Shown here piece by piece: positions 25,555-37,700 of a DNA stretch of 64,000 bases (positions within the stretch are counted from its first letter, which is position 1; every line of letters starts with the position of its first letter). The stretch lies in the NCBI GenBank assembly GCA_051362555.1, contig CM120640.1, positions 34,429,967 through 34,493,966 of the forward strand. The letters run 5' to 3'. Position numbers and translations under genes: made by a program. This stretch comes from Lingula anatina. Lineage: Eukaryota > Animalia > Brachiopoda. The notes beneath the pieces are model-generated. The model was not told where the DNA came from. It worked only from the letters and a program-made list of their open reading frames with translations, and ran no database searches.

Positions 25555-26339
25555 TCAGTTTGTCCTTATGGTGGAAGAGGCTCGCTGGTCAAAAGTCCCA
25601 ATGAAAACCCCAAGACCGGATGCGGGAGCGCAATAACTGTGGATATAATGTTCTGTTTGACTGTCCGCTTCTGCGCACAATATATATCTATCGCAACCCT
25701 GTACCGTGTATAAAACAGACGATGCAAGCTGGCAATGGTTCGTTTCAGATAAACACGTGAATGAATTTCAAACGAGAGAATTTTAAAAATTCATTTTGCC
25801 GGGAAAAACCCATGGACTGGTTTTTACATGTAAGTTGATGGGGCACCATCAAAGTGATGGTGTAAGACCACGCAAACCAATACCAAATTTTCTCCAGACG
25901 TTCAGTATGGAAAACCTGGCTATTTCGTCCTACATGCAGCACCAGAAAGAGAAATTATGTAGAATAAAGTGGCCTACCGTTTGCACGGTACTGTAGATAT
26001 GATGTCCTGAATTTTGAGATATGATGTCTTGAATCGTTTAATATGCTTGGCTAGTGAAAAATTTCAATGTGGTTAGATGGGTATTTCAAGGTTGAAATAC
26101 CAACTACATACAAAATAAAATGTTCATCGGGCACTCAGCGTACATTTAAGGTCACAGTGGGCTTGTTCATCTGTCCGAACAAAGGCTTTTTTTTTTTTTT
26201 TTTTTTGTACTGTAACCAAACAACATGGATTCGCATGGTGTTCTGCATTTAACAGGTACGTACAACATGTAATGATACAAACCAGGGTCTTTCTCGTAAG
26301 TCATGCTAAATAAGGTATATCGAATGTAAACACTATTTA

Positions 26340-26511
26340 CAGGCCCGTAGTGAGCAATTTCAAATGGGGGGTTCGTTTTTTGAAAAAGTGGACCTTTTAC
26401 CATTAAACCTTCATGTACCTAGATCAAATTCTATCCAAAGTGGACCTTTTTCCAGCAAAAAGGGCGGTTCTTTCGAACCCCCCGAACCCCCCCCCCCTGG
26501 CTACGGGCCTG
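26340..26511. mobile_element. MITE with CAGGCCCGTAG TIRs and 5-bp target duplication
   Basis: attta|caggcccgtag ... ctacgggcctg|attta. Confidence 0.75.
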
Positions 26512-26576
26512 ATTTAGCACGGTTTACAGCTACCATGTATCAATTTGTAAACAAAAGCACATAGTATCGAAGGTGA

Positions 26577-26627
<51 letters not shown>
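26577..26627. repeat. (AAT)n microsatellite
   Basis: Directly visible repeat. Confidence 0.9.
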
Positions 26628-27364
26628 CCATTGAACATGAAAGAAATTTTAAAATGGACGTGGTCATTTTGGCCAAGATACATAGGTGTCAACGCTCTTG
26701 CCTCCATGGGAAGGATACACCCCGTGGATAGATAAATACTAAATTATTGGCGAAGACTAACGGATATAGAGTACAAGACGATCGCACAAGTATCCATCTT
26801 AATATTTTACCATTTTATTGCGCCGCTCGGTCGTCAAGGTGTTCCTGCTCGAGCAATACAGGGTGACTCCGAGTCCCGCTCTCGCTACCAACACCAACAA
26901 TTATTGAACCGAGCAAATAGTTTCTTCCTCTCCTTTCATATAGCAACTATAAATGTCTTATTTTGCTTAGGTAAATGTGTATTGAGATTGTCTTGAGGGG
27001 GTGAATTGACCGGGGGGGGGGGGGGGGGTGGCCCCTTGAATCTGGTTAAAGAATTATATAATGATGTGCTACATGCACGAAAGCTGTTTGTAGAGAACAG
27101 GCAAAGTATCGCGGTCTGAGAAAGATCATGTACAGGTATGTTTTTTACAGCTTTAGAAGATCGAATTTGTCAATCGATCCATCCTGTTTACAGACTGTTG
27201 GACAAATATCACGGGTCACATTTTGGAGTAGAAATGCGGTGAATTACGAAATACTGTTCAATGGCTTCCTGTCTTATGCATTGCAAGCAATAGGTAATGG
27301 CAGATATAAGATTGTCATCTTTATATATTTAATCGTATAACCTTTTAACGAGCCATATTGTCTT

Positions 27365-28240
27365 TTTTTTTTAAACAACGTTTATTCAAAAAGAAAGAAA
27401 TGGAGGCAAGGCGCTGGAAGCATTATATGCTCTCCACAAAATTAAATAAGTAAATAAATAAAACAAATGGATACATATATACATATATACAACAGAGTAA
27501 ATGTAAAACTTCAAATATTATGGAGCACAAATTAAGTACAGAAAGAAAGAAGAAGAAAAGAGATAGTACCTATTAAGTGATGACAAAGTTTTCGAGAAGA
27601 AAATTTACAACAGTTTCGAAGATAATTTCATTTTGGGTGGGTGATAAAGATCCATGACCGTAGAGAAATAGGGACAGCTTTTCTTTTTGTGTTTTAAAAG
27701 AGGTCTTACTTTCAGGTAGAATTTCATTTATTTTTTGGTAAAGGGGAGGGTACCTTAAATTGAGTGAGGGGCATCTGAAAAAGAAATGCAGAGGAGTTTC
27801 AAGGGCACCACAGGTGCAGTGTGGTGTGTCAGTAATAGTCCAGTTATGCCTAAACAATTCTGCTCTAAATAAACACCCGACCCTCGCTCTGTTAAGAATT
27901 TTTTCTTGATTTCTGTCCAGGTTTAGTGTTGTTGTTGAAAGCGACCCAGCAGTGAGGTGATTTTTTATCGAGTTCTTGAAAGATGAGATTGAAGATAAAG
28001 ATTTAGTGGAGGAGGAGAGTTGATCCCATGAAGACATTAGAAAATAGTTAACTGAGGTACGGGGGTATTTAGTCTCTTTTGTTATTTTCTAGGGTTATGA
28101 TTGGAAAAGGGTTTCTGAATGGGCGGAATATATCAGAAACATAGGAGGGGACCAAATTCGCCATAACTGAAAACATAATTTATTGAGCGTGCATTTTTCT
28201 TCCATCAAATAGAGAAATCCAATTTAGTTGTTCAAATATT
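27365..28240 (-). mobile_element. 5'-truncated non-LTR retrotransposon (CR1/L2-group-like) 3' end in intron 2 of paralogue C
   Basis: ORF 27573-28037 carries the post-RT tail RARVG...CTCGALETPLHFFFRCP. Upstream remnant EQLNWISL...PSYV. 3' end aataaacgttgtttaa(a)n. Candidate ttgtctt duplication at 27358 and 28241. Confidence 0.8.
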
Positions 28241-29624
28241 TTGTCTTATGATTACCCCTTGCTGCCTTTTGCTAATTTATACTATAAAATGACGCAAAGC
28301 AACATGTGTTCTGGTTTTTCATTCGTAAAAATTTCACCATTTGTTGGCTTTCAAATCTGTTAAAGGAATGGACATGGTAACATCTTTAATGAAACTAAAG
28401 AATGTAACAATTTTTTAGTTATAGCAATCGTCACTGTAATATGATAATATAGGATATTGCTTCTTTTAAAGGAGATGGAACTGTTGAAAACACAGAGGAT
28501 CCCTTTGTGGGTGTGTGACTATGGTGCTGGAGATGGAGGAACATCTATGAAACTGATGGCAGAGATTAAGTAACTCTTCGAAATTAATTTTTAGGAAAAT
28601 ATTACAAACTACAGATGAAATTAAGTTAAATTTCCTAATTTATTTACGGTTATCAAGTGGATAATGAACTCCATAATAAACATTCATTGAAAGCGTTCAA
28701 TACCCTTTCATATAAGATATAGCCTTAAAATAAAAATCGGGACTATCTAAGCTTAGAAAGGCGACCTTGCAAACTTGGATTAATACGACTGGATTTCAGG
28801 ATATTGATGTCACGGACAACGGTTTCTTTTTCAGAAGCTGTTCGCACAAAATACGGGAAAGAAAAACCTATTGTGATAGTGTACGAGGATCTACCCTGGA
28901 ACGATTTCAAGTCATTATTCTTTCTGACACACGGTACGAAATTTGACAGTCTGTCTTTTTAATTTAATTATTTATTTAGGTTATTGAAAATAATATTTAT
29001 ATTTATTGCTTTCGCGTCATCCTTCTGTTAATCAGTTATTCTTACTTATAGGTTTATTTGAAGATCAAAAGACCTTTCTTCCTGAAGATAAAAACGTGTT
29101 TCTCCTGGCCAGAGGTACTAATTTCTATGAACAATGTATGCCGTCGAACTATGTGGATCTGGCTGTGTCCTGCTATGCTATATGCATTGGTTGAGTAAAA
29201 GGTGGGTTAGCTCTCGTGGTCAAAGCTTAAGGAATGTAATGAATGGAGAGTAATATAAAGGAACAGCACATAAAATATAAAACACTTATGATAAATATCA
29301 AAACCATTATTATGCTATGCTAACTTGAAATTAAATTACACTGTTTGTATTCTGTTATTTGTATGATCACGCAGGCCTTGCAATCTTCCATGGGATATTA
29401 CATGCCAGGGGGATAAAGTCAGTCAAGAAGAGCTTGATGCATATAAAAGGCAGGCCGCTGAGGACTGGGAAACAATTCTCATACACCGGGCAACAGAATT
29501 AAAACCAGGTACTTTAGAATAAGTTAAAGAATCATGAATTAATTATATATATATATATATATATGTTTTTAACCTCATATCCAGGCGAGATTCCTACTTT
29601 TTTTCCATTCACTTCTTTTGATAT

Positions 29625-29661
<37 letters not shown>

Positions 29662-31258
29662 AATATATATATATAAATATATCATAAACAATTAAATAGT
29701 CAAGATTACATTTGTCACCTAAACAAAGCCTGAATAATTAGTTCATTATTCTTTAACTTATTCTTATGTTGTCTTTAAGGTGCCCACATCATAATAGTGG
29801 CCATGAGTACAAAAGATGGCATGTATCCTGGTAGTACAGTGCATTACAAAGTTAAAGTTATCCCGTACCTACGGGACTTATGGTTTTCCTTTGTGACAGA
29901 GGGGCGAATAACCAAGGTAGGATATTTTTCCAACTAAAATTTCTACCTTTTTTCTGAACGGGATCAGGCATTTAGTTTTGTTAGTGTTGAGACTAGCCAC
30001 CACCTACATAAAAGTACACTCTGCACCTACCGGTAGTCTCCTACCAATGTATAATAATTTTTCTACGATATATAATCTAGTTGTTACATTTCAGGAAGAA
30101 TTTGCAAAAACAAACATAGCATTTTGCCATCGTTCAGAAGACGAATTCACGGCACCATTTTTGCATGAAGACTCCAAGGTTTTGAAGGCGGGGTTAAAAC
30201 TTGTATCGATCGAGATAAAGGATGCCCACATTGACTACTCTTTGGAAACAGAAGTTGGCGAAACCTTAGGTTAGTAAGATTAAAGAAACAAATTATTTAA
30301 ATATAAAATGAAAAAAAATTTACTTGCTGGCAAAACGCTATGCATTGTTATATTTCAAAAACCAAAATGATGTCCGAAACTCTAACTTGGCACGTATGGT
30401 AAGTGATTTCGCATTGACTTGATTGAAATCAGTCGTTGTAACGATGTTAAAATGTTAATGTTGCAGACCAGATTGAAATCCATGCTGATGTAAAATCGAC
30501 CATAGTCAAATTTTATTTTTAGATTTTAATTTGGCCTATTCAGGATCAAAATTCCAAGTTGGCTAAGGAAGATTTAAAATCTAACCAGACCAAATTAAAT
30601 TTTCAATTCTGCTTAGACCAAATTGAAATCTGACTAGGATATGTTGAAATTTCAATATTACAGATTCACTTTTGTAGTTTAGCCTAGACAGAATTGTAAT
30701 TTTAATTAGGTCTTGGGCAATTCAAAAACTGCCTAGTTCATGTTCAATCCTTCAATTCTACCCCACAGATGGCGAACCACTAAGCGTGACTCACGAGGCA
30801 AGAAAGTACGTCAATGTGTTCCGAGCATGGGCCGAAGCCATCTTTACGTCTGCTTTAAATGAAAGTCGGTCAGAAGAGGAAAAAATGCCATTGCAGATGC
30901 TTTTTTTGGTCGGTTTGAGGAGGATGTTGCCAGCAATCCAAATGATTTTGGTTATGACATGATATTGGCATATATAAATATAATGAAAACCAAACCAATG
31001 GCTTGAAGTCGTAGCATGCGGGGTGCAGAGTTTTACCTATTTAAAATTGAGACATATTTGATTAAAATTTTTCTTTAATGTTTTTATAAGTAAGTTTAAT
31101 AACACGCATAATAAGCGTCTCACACTTTTATGATATTAAATAGTATGGAGCACATAGTAATATAGGATTTGCCGTGGATCCTTATTTCTTAATGTGCCTT
31201 TTTCTTCGTAGTTCATGAGAGACTGTGCTCCATTTGTTTTATTATACTGGTTGTCCAC

Positions 31259-31290
<32 letters not shown>

Positions 31291-31398
31291 ACGTTCGGTT
31301 TTGCTTATTAATTTGCATATCGCTATCGCTCGGCATGCTATTGTGTATATGAGCCTCATTGGCAATGCATTATTTAGTGTTTGTGTACATATATATAC

Positions 31399-32598
31399 AC
31401 TAGAAAAAATATTTGGAAAATATTCCTTTTGACTTACCAGTCAGAGGCCCAGAAATGAGGTCACTGTACAGCATAGTGATTGGTCATAATGAAGGGCAGT
31501 ATTGCACTGGCACACTGTACATAATAATACTGTACTGTATAATAAAGCAAGACTGACTGTGCAGCGATGAAACTTGGTAAATTGTCTGCCTTCAGCACTG
31601 CTCACCCCCACTACTTGCCAAGCTCCTCTTTGGAAGATATGGCGAGGCATTGTCACTCTTCAGACCTGCTGTGCAAATTTTGACCTGCAACCACACACGC
31701 CTGTGTGGAGGGCATAAACGTGCATGTGACCTTACATTCTGCTTGGACTTGTCACAAAGGACACACAATTCTCATCGGCAATTGAGCATTACCCAATGAA
31801 TTGGTTCCGCATCCATGACTTGCAAATTGTTTATTCGCGATTGCCTGCGCCACGTAAATCAATAGTTATGTGAAAATTATCCCCGTGAACTTAAAAAAGG
31901 TAATGCGTGAATATATATATATATTCCATCCATTCCATTAGCAAGAATGAAGTTTAAAGACAAAAGTTTAAACGGTTTTCATTTTATTTGTATAGCGGTG
32001 GATAAAGCATGCTTAAAAAAGTTAAAAATAGCAGTAGTTGAGTGAGGCTGAACATTCATCAGTTCTGAAAGTTTGGAGAAAAAAGGTAAAACGATGTTCT
32101 TTTTATTTGTATAACGGTGGATAAAATATGCTGAAAAAAAAAAAAAAATAGAAAAGCACTCCGAGAGCGCAGACCTCCGCCAAGGCAGCGATTTTTGATC
32201 ATTATTGTTTATTGATTGATAATTGATCCAGATCACCACCAAAAACTAATCATCTCTTCCTTGGCCCACTTCTGACAGTTCCTGAAAATTTCATAAAAAT
32301 CGGTCCATAACTTTTTGAGTTACGTTGATGATAAACAAACAAATACAAACAGGGGTGAAAACATAACCTCCCTGGCGGAGGTAAATATTATAACTTGTGG
32401 AAAATGGTGAAATAAAGCTGATTTTTAGCTCGACCTGTAATTTATGAATATTCATCAGTTCTGTAAGTTTGAAAACAAAAGGTCAAACGGGTTTTCAGTT
32501 ATCGTTATAACACTGAAAGTGCTCAGCAACGACTGTATGTGATGGCTGTTTGTAAAGACATATCTGTGTCTGTACATAAAAAGGATAGGTCAGTAACA
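31399..32598. mobile_element. Probable Helentron-associated non-autonomous element (outer), with degenerate internal repeats
   Basis: Starts actaga. Repeated ttcatcagttctg.aagtttg...aaaaggt units at about 32055 and 32451. Hosts the 32148-32386 insertion. Confidence 0.35.
32148..32386. mobile_element. Helentron-associated (HINE/DINE-like) non-autonomous element
   Basis: Subterminal inverted repeats acctccgccaagg and cctggcggaggt, a 3' hairpin acctccctggcggaggt, an internal (aaac)n tract, inserted in an A/T run. Confidence 0.7.
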
Positions 32599-34734
32599 TT
32601 TACACTTTTTCAATGTATAGGTCTATTTAACATTTTCATTTTATTAAAAATGAGCTAGCTAATTTTTTTTGGCGCGGACCTTCCTGTTGTCCATACAGAC
32701 TATTGTCCGGAACCGCGCAAATTTAGCAACGAATACCAAGTACAAATAATCTCGAAATACTTACACTATGTCTTACATAAAGCACGTGCAGTATTGACCG
32801 CGCCGTTCTCAACCCACACTGAAGTAAAAGTATAAATTGCACACTTGAGTTTGAGATAAGCCGCACAGAGTAACTAAATATCTCGGCTTTATTCGTCCCA
32901 AATGTACTCATATAAGTTAAGAAAAGGTTCTGAGCTTCCCTATACCTCCAGTATATTGTGCATCGAGGGGAAAATTAAAATTCGGCGCCAAATTCATGAA
33001 CTCCCAAGTTTGTTTAATTTTCTTTTAAAACATCAATTTTGTCTACGCACTCGAGATAACAATGACTTTCGGGAAAAATGGAAGCTGCTTACATGTAATA
33101 AATATTTATTTTGGTAATTAAGTATAATATACTACTTAAAATAAAGACAACATAGTAAATTATTATATATATCAATATCATAAATATCACAAACGAATGG
33201 AACAAAACACTTTGAACACTAAATGGATGAACTCTAATGACAAACTACTAGGAAATGTCTACGATTAAAATTTAAGTCGATCAATGAATTTTCCGGTCGG
33301 AACTTTTTAACTCCATTTAGGAGAAAACTGTACTTTTAAGAATGATTGATATTTAAAAGTATGATTCATTTTAAGTCACCAAAATGAAAATAATTGATTA
33401 CAAAGAGTCATGGAAATAATCGACATACAAATTTCTTACAGAGAACGAAAACTTGATACAACTAGAGTTAGAAGTGTAAAATATACAGGAACAACTTGGA
33501 AAAGAACTATGATAGCAATGAAAGTCTTCAACGTGAATATTTAACTACAAACATTTCATTTCAAAATCCCATTTTTCTTTTTAAAGCTCCTTGGGCGTTT
33601 ATTAAACAATCGCTGCAAATCAATACCAACTTCTTTCAAAATTTCCAGTTTCGCTGTGAAGAGTTAAAGACATTGTACAAGCTGTTGTCTCATTCGAATT
33701 CATCCTTGGTATAAACTACTGACACATGAATATCGTCAACAATTTTTACATCTCCTGTTCAAGCATTCGTTCTTCAATGTACGATTCCCTCGGGTTTTTT
33801 TCAAGAATGCAGCCGATAGTCGAACTGAAATCATCGATTAATATCTGTAAAATTTGGGCAAAGATACCAAAAAAGTACCAGCCTCTTTGACACAAGATAT
33901 GGCCTGACTGTGTACATATTTTAAAGCTATAACCCTGTCCCTCCCCTGCCCCAATCCATAACTCCTCCTTTAACTTATTCACTTTTAAATAGCAGTTGTT
34001 CATCTAAAATACCATAAACCTTTGTGTTTCACGGAAACAAAAGAAACATTTATAATCAACATCGTGTTCTGTCTCTGTTAAATAAATATTTACTGAATAC
34101 CTGATTAAAAATTAAAATAAATATTGAGTTTTAGGCAACCAAAGTAAATATGGCACTTGATTTTTTTTCAAGCATATTTGGGTTTTTACTTCCTTCAAGT
34201 AAGCTGTAAGATACATAAAGCTTCTATCCAAATGTATACTCATTTCAAAATCGCTCATGATTGCACTGGCTCTAAAAACAACTACCAAGCTCCTGAGGCT
34301 TTGAGAAAATAGTAATTATAACATTTTTAAACCCTCATAAACAGCCTACACTTTCTGGTGGTGGAAAAGTGGTTCAAAATTATCAGACAAGCTTCAATAA
34401 CAGGCGACTTGTATTTGTTCTACTGTAACAGTTCCAGAGAACTCTGTTCACACAATTCTATGCAAGTCGGCACAGAGGCCAAGTTCTATAATTTGGGGGT
34501 ATTCAATCAAAATAAACAGATCTGACTATCAATATTTCGACCAATTCTTATCTACATTCAAAGAAAGAAAACAAAACAAGTCACCAGGTCTATTAAGAGC
34601 AAGATTAAAACCCTCACATAAGGGTTATATGAAAATGAATAATTTTGTCAGTTTTATTTAAGTTCCACCAAAATCCTAGTACATCATGATATCATTTACA
34701 TCTTAAAGGTCCTTCTTACTTTTGGTAAATGATG

Positions 34735-37700
34735 CTACCTCGCGTATTGTGTCTTGATTTCTTCAAAGAGTTTAATGAGATTCTCTAAGCCCTTTAAATA
34801 ACCTTTATCTGGTCCCCTGTGGACTGTGTTATCCTCTGTAAATCCTTCATGCGTTGTATGTGCAAAGTCAATCATACGGACATCCACCTTTGGCGGCCTG
34901 GGATGTTTGCTCCGTGGTTCTACATTGCACTTGTTACTAATGTTCTCTTTACTCAGGCTCTTTGGCTTCTCTGCGTTGATTTTTGATAGTGTATGGTGTT
35001 CGGCGCTGCAAGAAGATGGCAAAAGCAGCAACTGATCTTCATTGCTATCGTCACTGCCACTCGACGATCCCGGGGTAATAAAACTGCTATCGTCCAATGA
35101 TCTGCTTCTCTTTGGAGCCATTTCCCTCACCGGTGTGTTCTTCTTCATATCCGACGTGTGCTCTTTCCCATCATACATCAGTAAAAGTGAACTGGAATAG
35201 AAACGGAATGTGTCTTGCTTGGACAACATTTCATGGAACTGCAGCAGTCTCTCTATCATAGGGTCAATAATGTCCACTCTAAGTTTGTGCCCGTTGTGCA
35301 GGAACTGATAAAGCGTCTCTTTGAATCCCTCCACTGTAAGTCCACGCCCGTAGTATTTGTTTCTGCACACAAAGCTGAGGGAGTTGACCTGGTAAACCTG
35401 AGGAAAGAAACAATGAAAAGCATTCAAATCACCATCTGAAAAACATTAAGAAAAAGTACACTTTGAAAATAAACAAATCCTCTTTGTGTACTTTTTAATT
35501 TTTTGTGTACTCTCTGTCAAAAAGTCAATCATTTTTATGGTTGAAACGGGTCACAAGGGGATGTCACAGTTGCCTTCACATCTATAATGATCTAACTGAC
35601 TGAGCCTACTTGAGATGTGTTGATATTCAATCAAGCATGAAATAAGAAGCAAGTTTTTTTTTGATTTCTTTTCATTTTTTTTAAAAATTCAGTGACCTCA
35701 AACATTACCTGCATTCCAGCCAGCCTTATGGCTAGGGATGCAGAAGTAGTGGCTGCACATTTGTCTATCTTCCGTTTCCTTTTTGTTTCGTTTTCCTCAT
35801 CTCCATACTGTCGTGTTCCCATCTTTAAGTCTAGTATACAGGGATATTTGAACTCTGAGGACACGTTCTCCAACAAAATAAATTCTGCACATGAGTTAAG
35901 GTATACAAAGTCCATTTTTATCCTTTTTCATTTAAAACAACTCAAAACATTTGCAGAAATTTATATTGGGAATGGCATTATCTGATAGCTGTAAAATGTA
36001 TGAAAAAGTATGAAAAAAAAAAAAAAAAAAACAGCTTTTCCTCTTCATTTCCATTCAAAATTGAATACATTTCCCCTTTACATTTTACACAAATCATCTG
36101 TTTGTCCTTAATGCCAAAAATAGTTACTCTTGTACAATATATGGAAGTATGTACCTCTTCTAGAGAAACAAATTCGTAAACATTCCCCTTAATAGATGCA
36201 CAGGCACATGTCCCTAAGGTGACCCAGCTCCTTTTATTCTCCTGTACTTAACCAAACAATGGCGAGACAGAATTTCAATCACCACTCACTGAAGGAATGA
36301 CAGTGCAGTCAAGCAGTCTATAAACACAACCCTAGCAATCATTGTTTGAGCCACAGAATCAACAAGGTGTCAAAACCTTGAGTTTAAAGTACGCCTAAAA
36401 ATAATGTGATGTGATGTGATGTGATGTGTTCTGGAGGGTGCCAAGTACAAGAGGGTAATAATGGGGTCATTGCTTTTTAGCTGTACTGTCTGGGTGATCT
36501 GGGTGACCCAATTCCATCTGTCTGCTCAGATCAGGAAGAAGGGACATGACAGCCTTCTGACACGTGATTATCACCGGGTTACAATTTCAACAAAAGACCC
36601 TTCTACCCTGATTCTTTATATCAGAGAGCAAGGATCTCACAGCTTTCTGACATGATTTCAAAAAATCATTCAATAAACAAAATAAATTTATTCACCTTAA
36701 AAAAAGAAGACCCTTTTAATCACCATAATACTTTGATTAGACTGGGAAAAAAACTTGAAATTGCATAAGGATACTGAATGTCCCAGATGGGCTGATGTTC
36801 TTCCACATCTTGGATAGTGTGCGCTTGTGACAGCGTAAACTCCATGGGTTGTGCCCTGCGTGTTCCACTAACTGGTCTGTGTTGTCCAATACTTCCACAT
36901 CGCCTTCAAAGTCGATGCTTCCAGTTCTCCTCATACGAACCCTGAATGAGAGAAAGGCAAGTCGCCAAAGTTAAAGTTGTGATATCCATGTTTAAAGTTT
37001 GTGGAGTCCTGACTTTCATTCATTGAACAATACCTCGTAACCAAACAATGACTGAATATGTCTGAATCCCCCCTCCTCAAAGATTTCATTTCTGGTGCAC
37101 TTCAGGTGAAAAGTTTACCTAAGAGTAAGGCAATTACTCACTACACGTGAACAAAAATGAATAAACTGCATTTTCTTAAACGTTGTTTTATAAATGATAC
37201 CTGAAAACTAACCTGATGTGTGCATTAACCTTAATGAATATGGTGCTTATTAATAAGTCCTTATACTTTCTCTAATTCTGAACCCAATTCAATAATCAGA
37301 ATCAAGTTTGCTTCTTCCTATTAATATATTCACCTTCAGATATTCTCTCTCTTGCAGTTTTTTAAGATCATTGAGCTTGCAATAAAAATAGCCTATTTTC
37401 TGAGCAAATTTCAACACAACCAAGACCAACAATATATAAGACTTAGTATGTCAAACTCCATGACACTACCAACCTTAATGCTTCTTTCCCATTCCCCTTA
37501 GACTGCTGCATGGGGAGTCTCCTCGTTTCAGAATCCTCTTCCTCCTCCTCCTCCTCATCTGATTGGTCCTCACCTTCCCCACACGAGCCTGAGGATTCTT
37601 GTGCTTCTCTCCATAAACGTACCTTGTCATGGCAACCTGGTGGGTAACCTATTAGTGTCAGGTAACCCTTGCTGTCTTCATGGAAGGCAACCTCGATTGC

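Larger units (their letters stand above)
26225..31006 (+). pseudogene. SABATH/Methyltransf_7 paralogue C, frameshifted as assembled (pseudogene, or intact gene with indel errors)
   Basis: Exons 26225-26255, 27151-27293, 28472-28569, 28835-28933, 29052-29201, 29375-29508, 29780-29916, 30095-30269 and 30769-31006 all keep GT-AG sites and motifs (DYGAGDGGTS, EDLPWNDF, HWLS, ELKPG). Indels lie near 27221 (-1), 28510 (+1), 28566 (-2), 29179 (+2) and 30880 (-1). Confidence 0.75.

Noticed and set aside
31006-34735. Functional link between the methyltransferase cluster and the IP6K/DIPP pair
   Set aside because: Only proximity supports it; paralogue C and IP6K are convergent, separated by repeats, with no shared pathway that I can justify.
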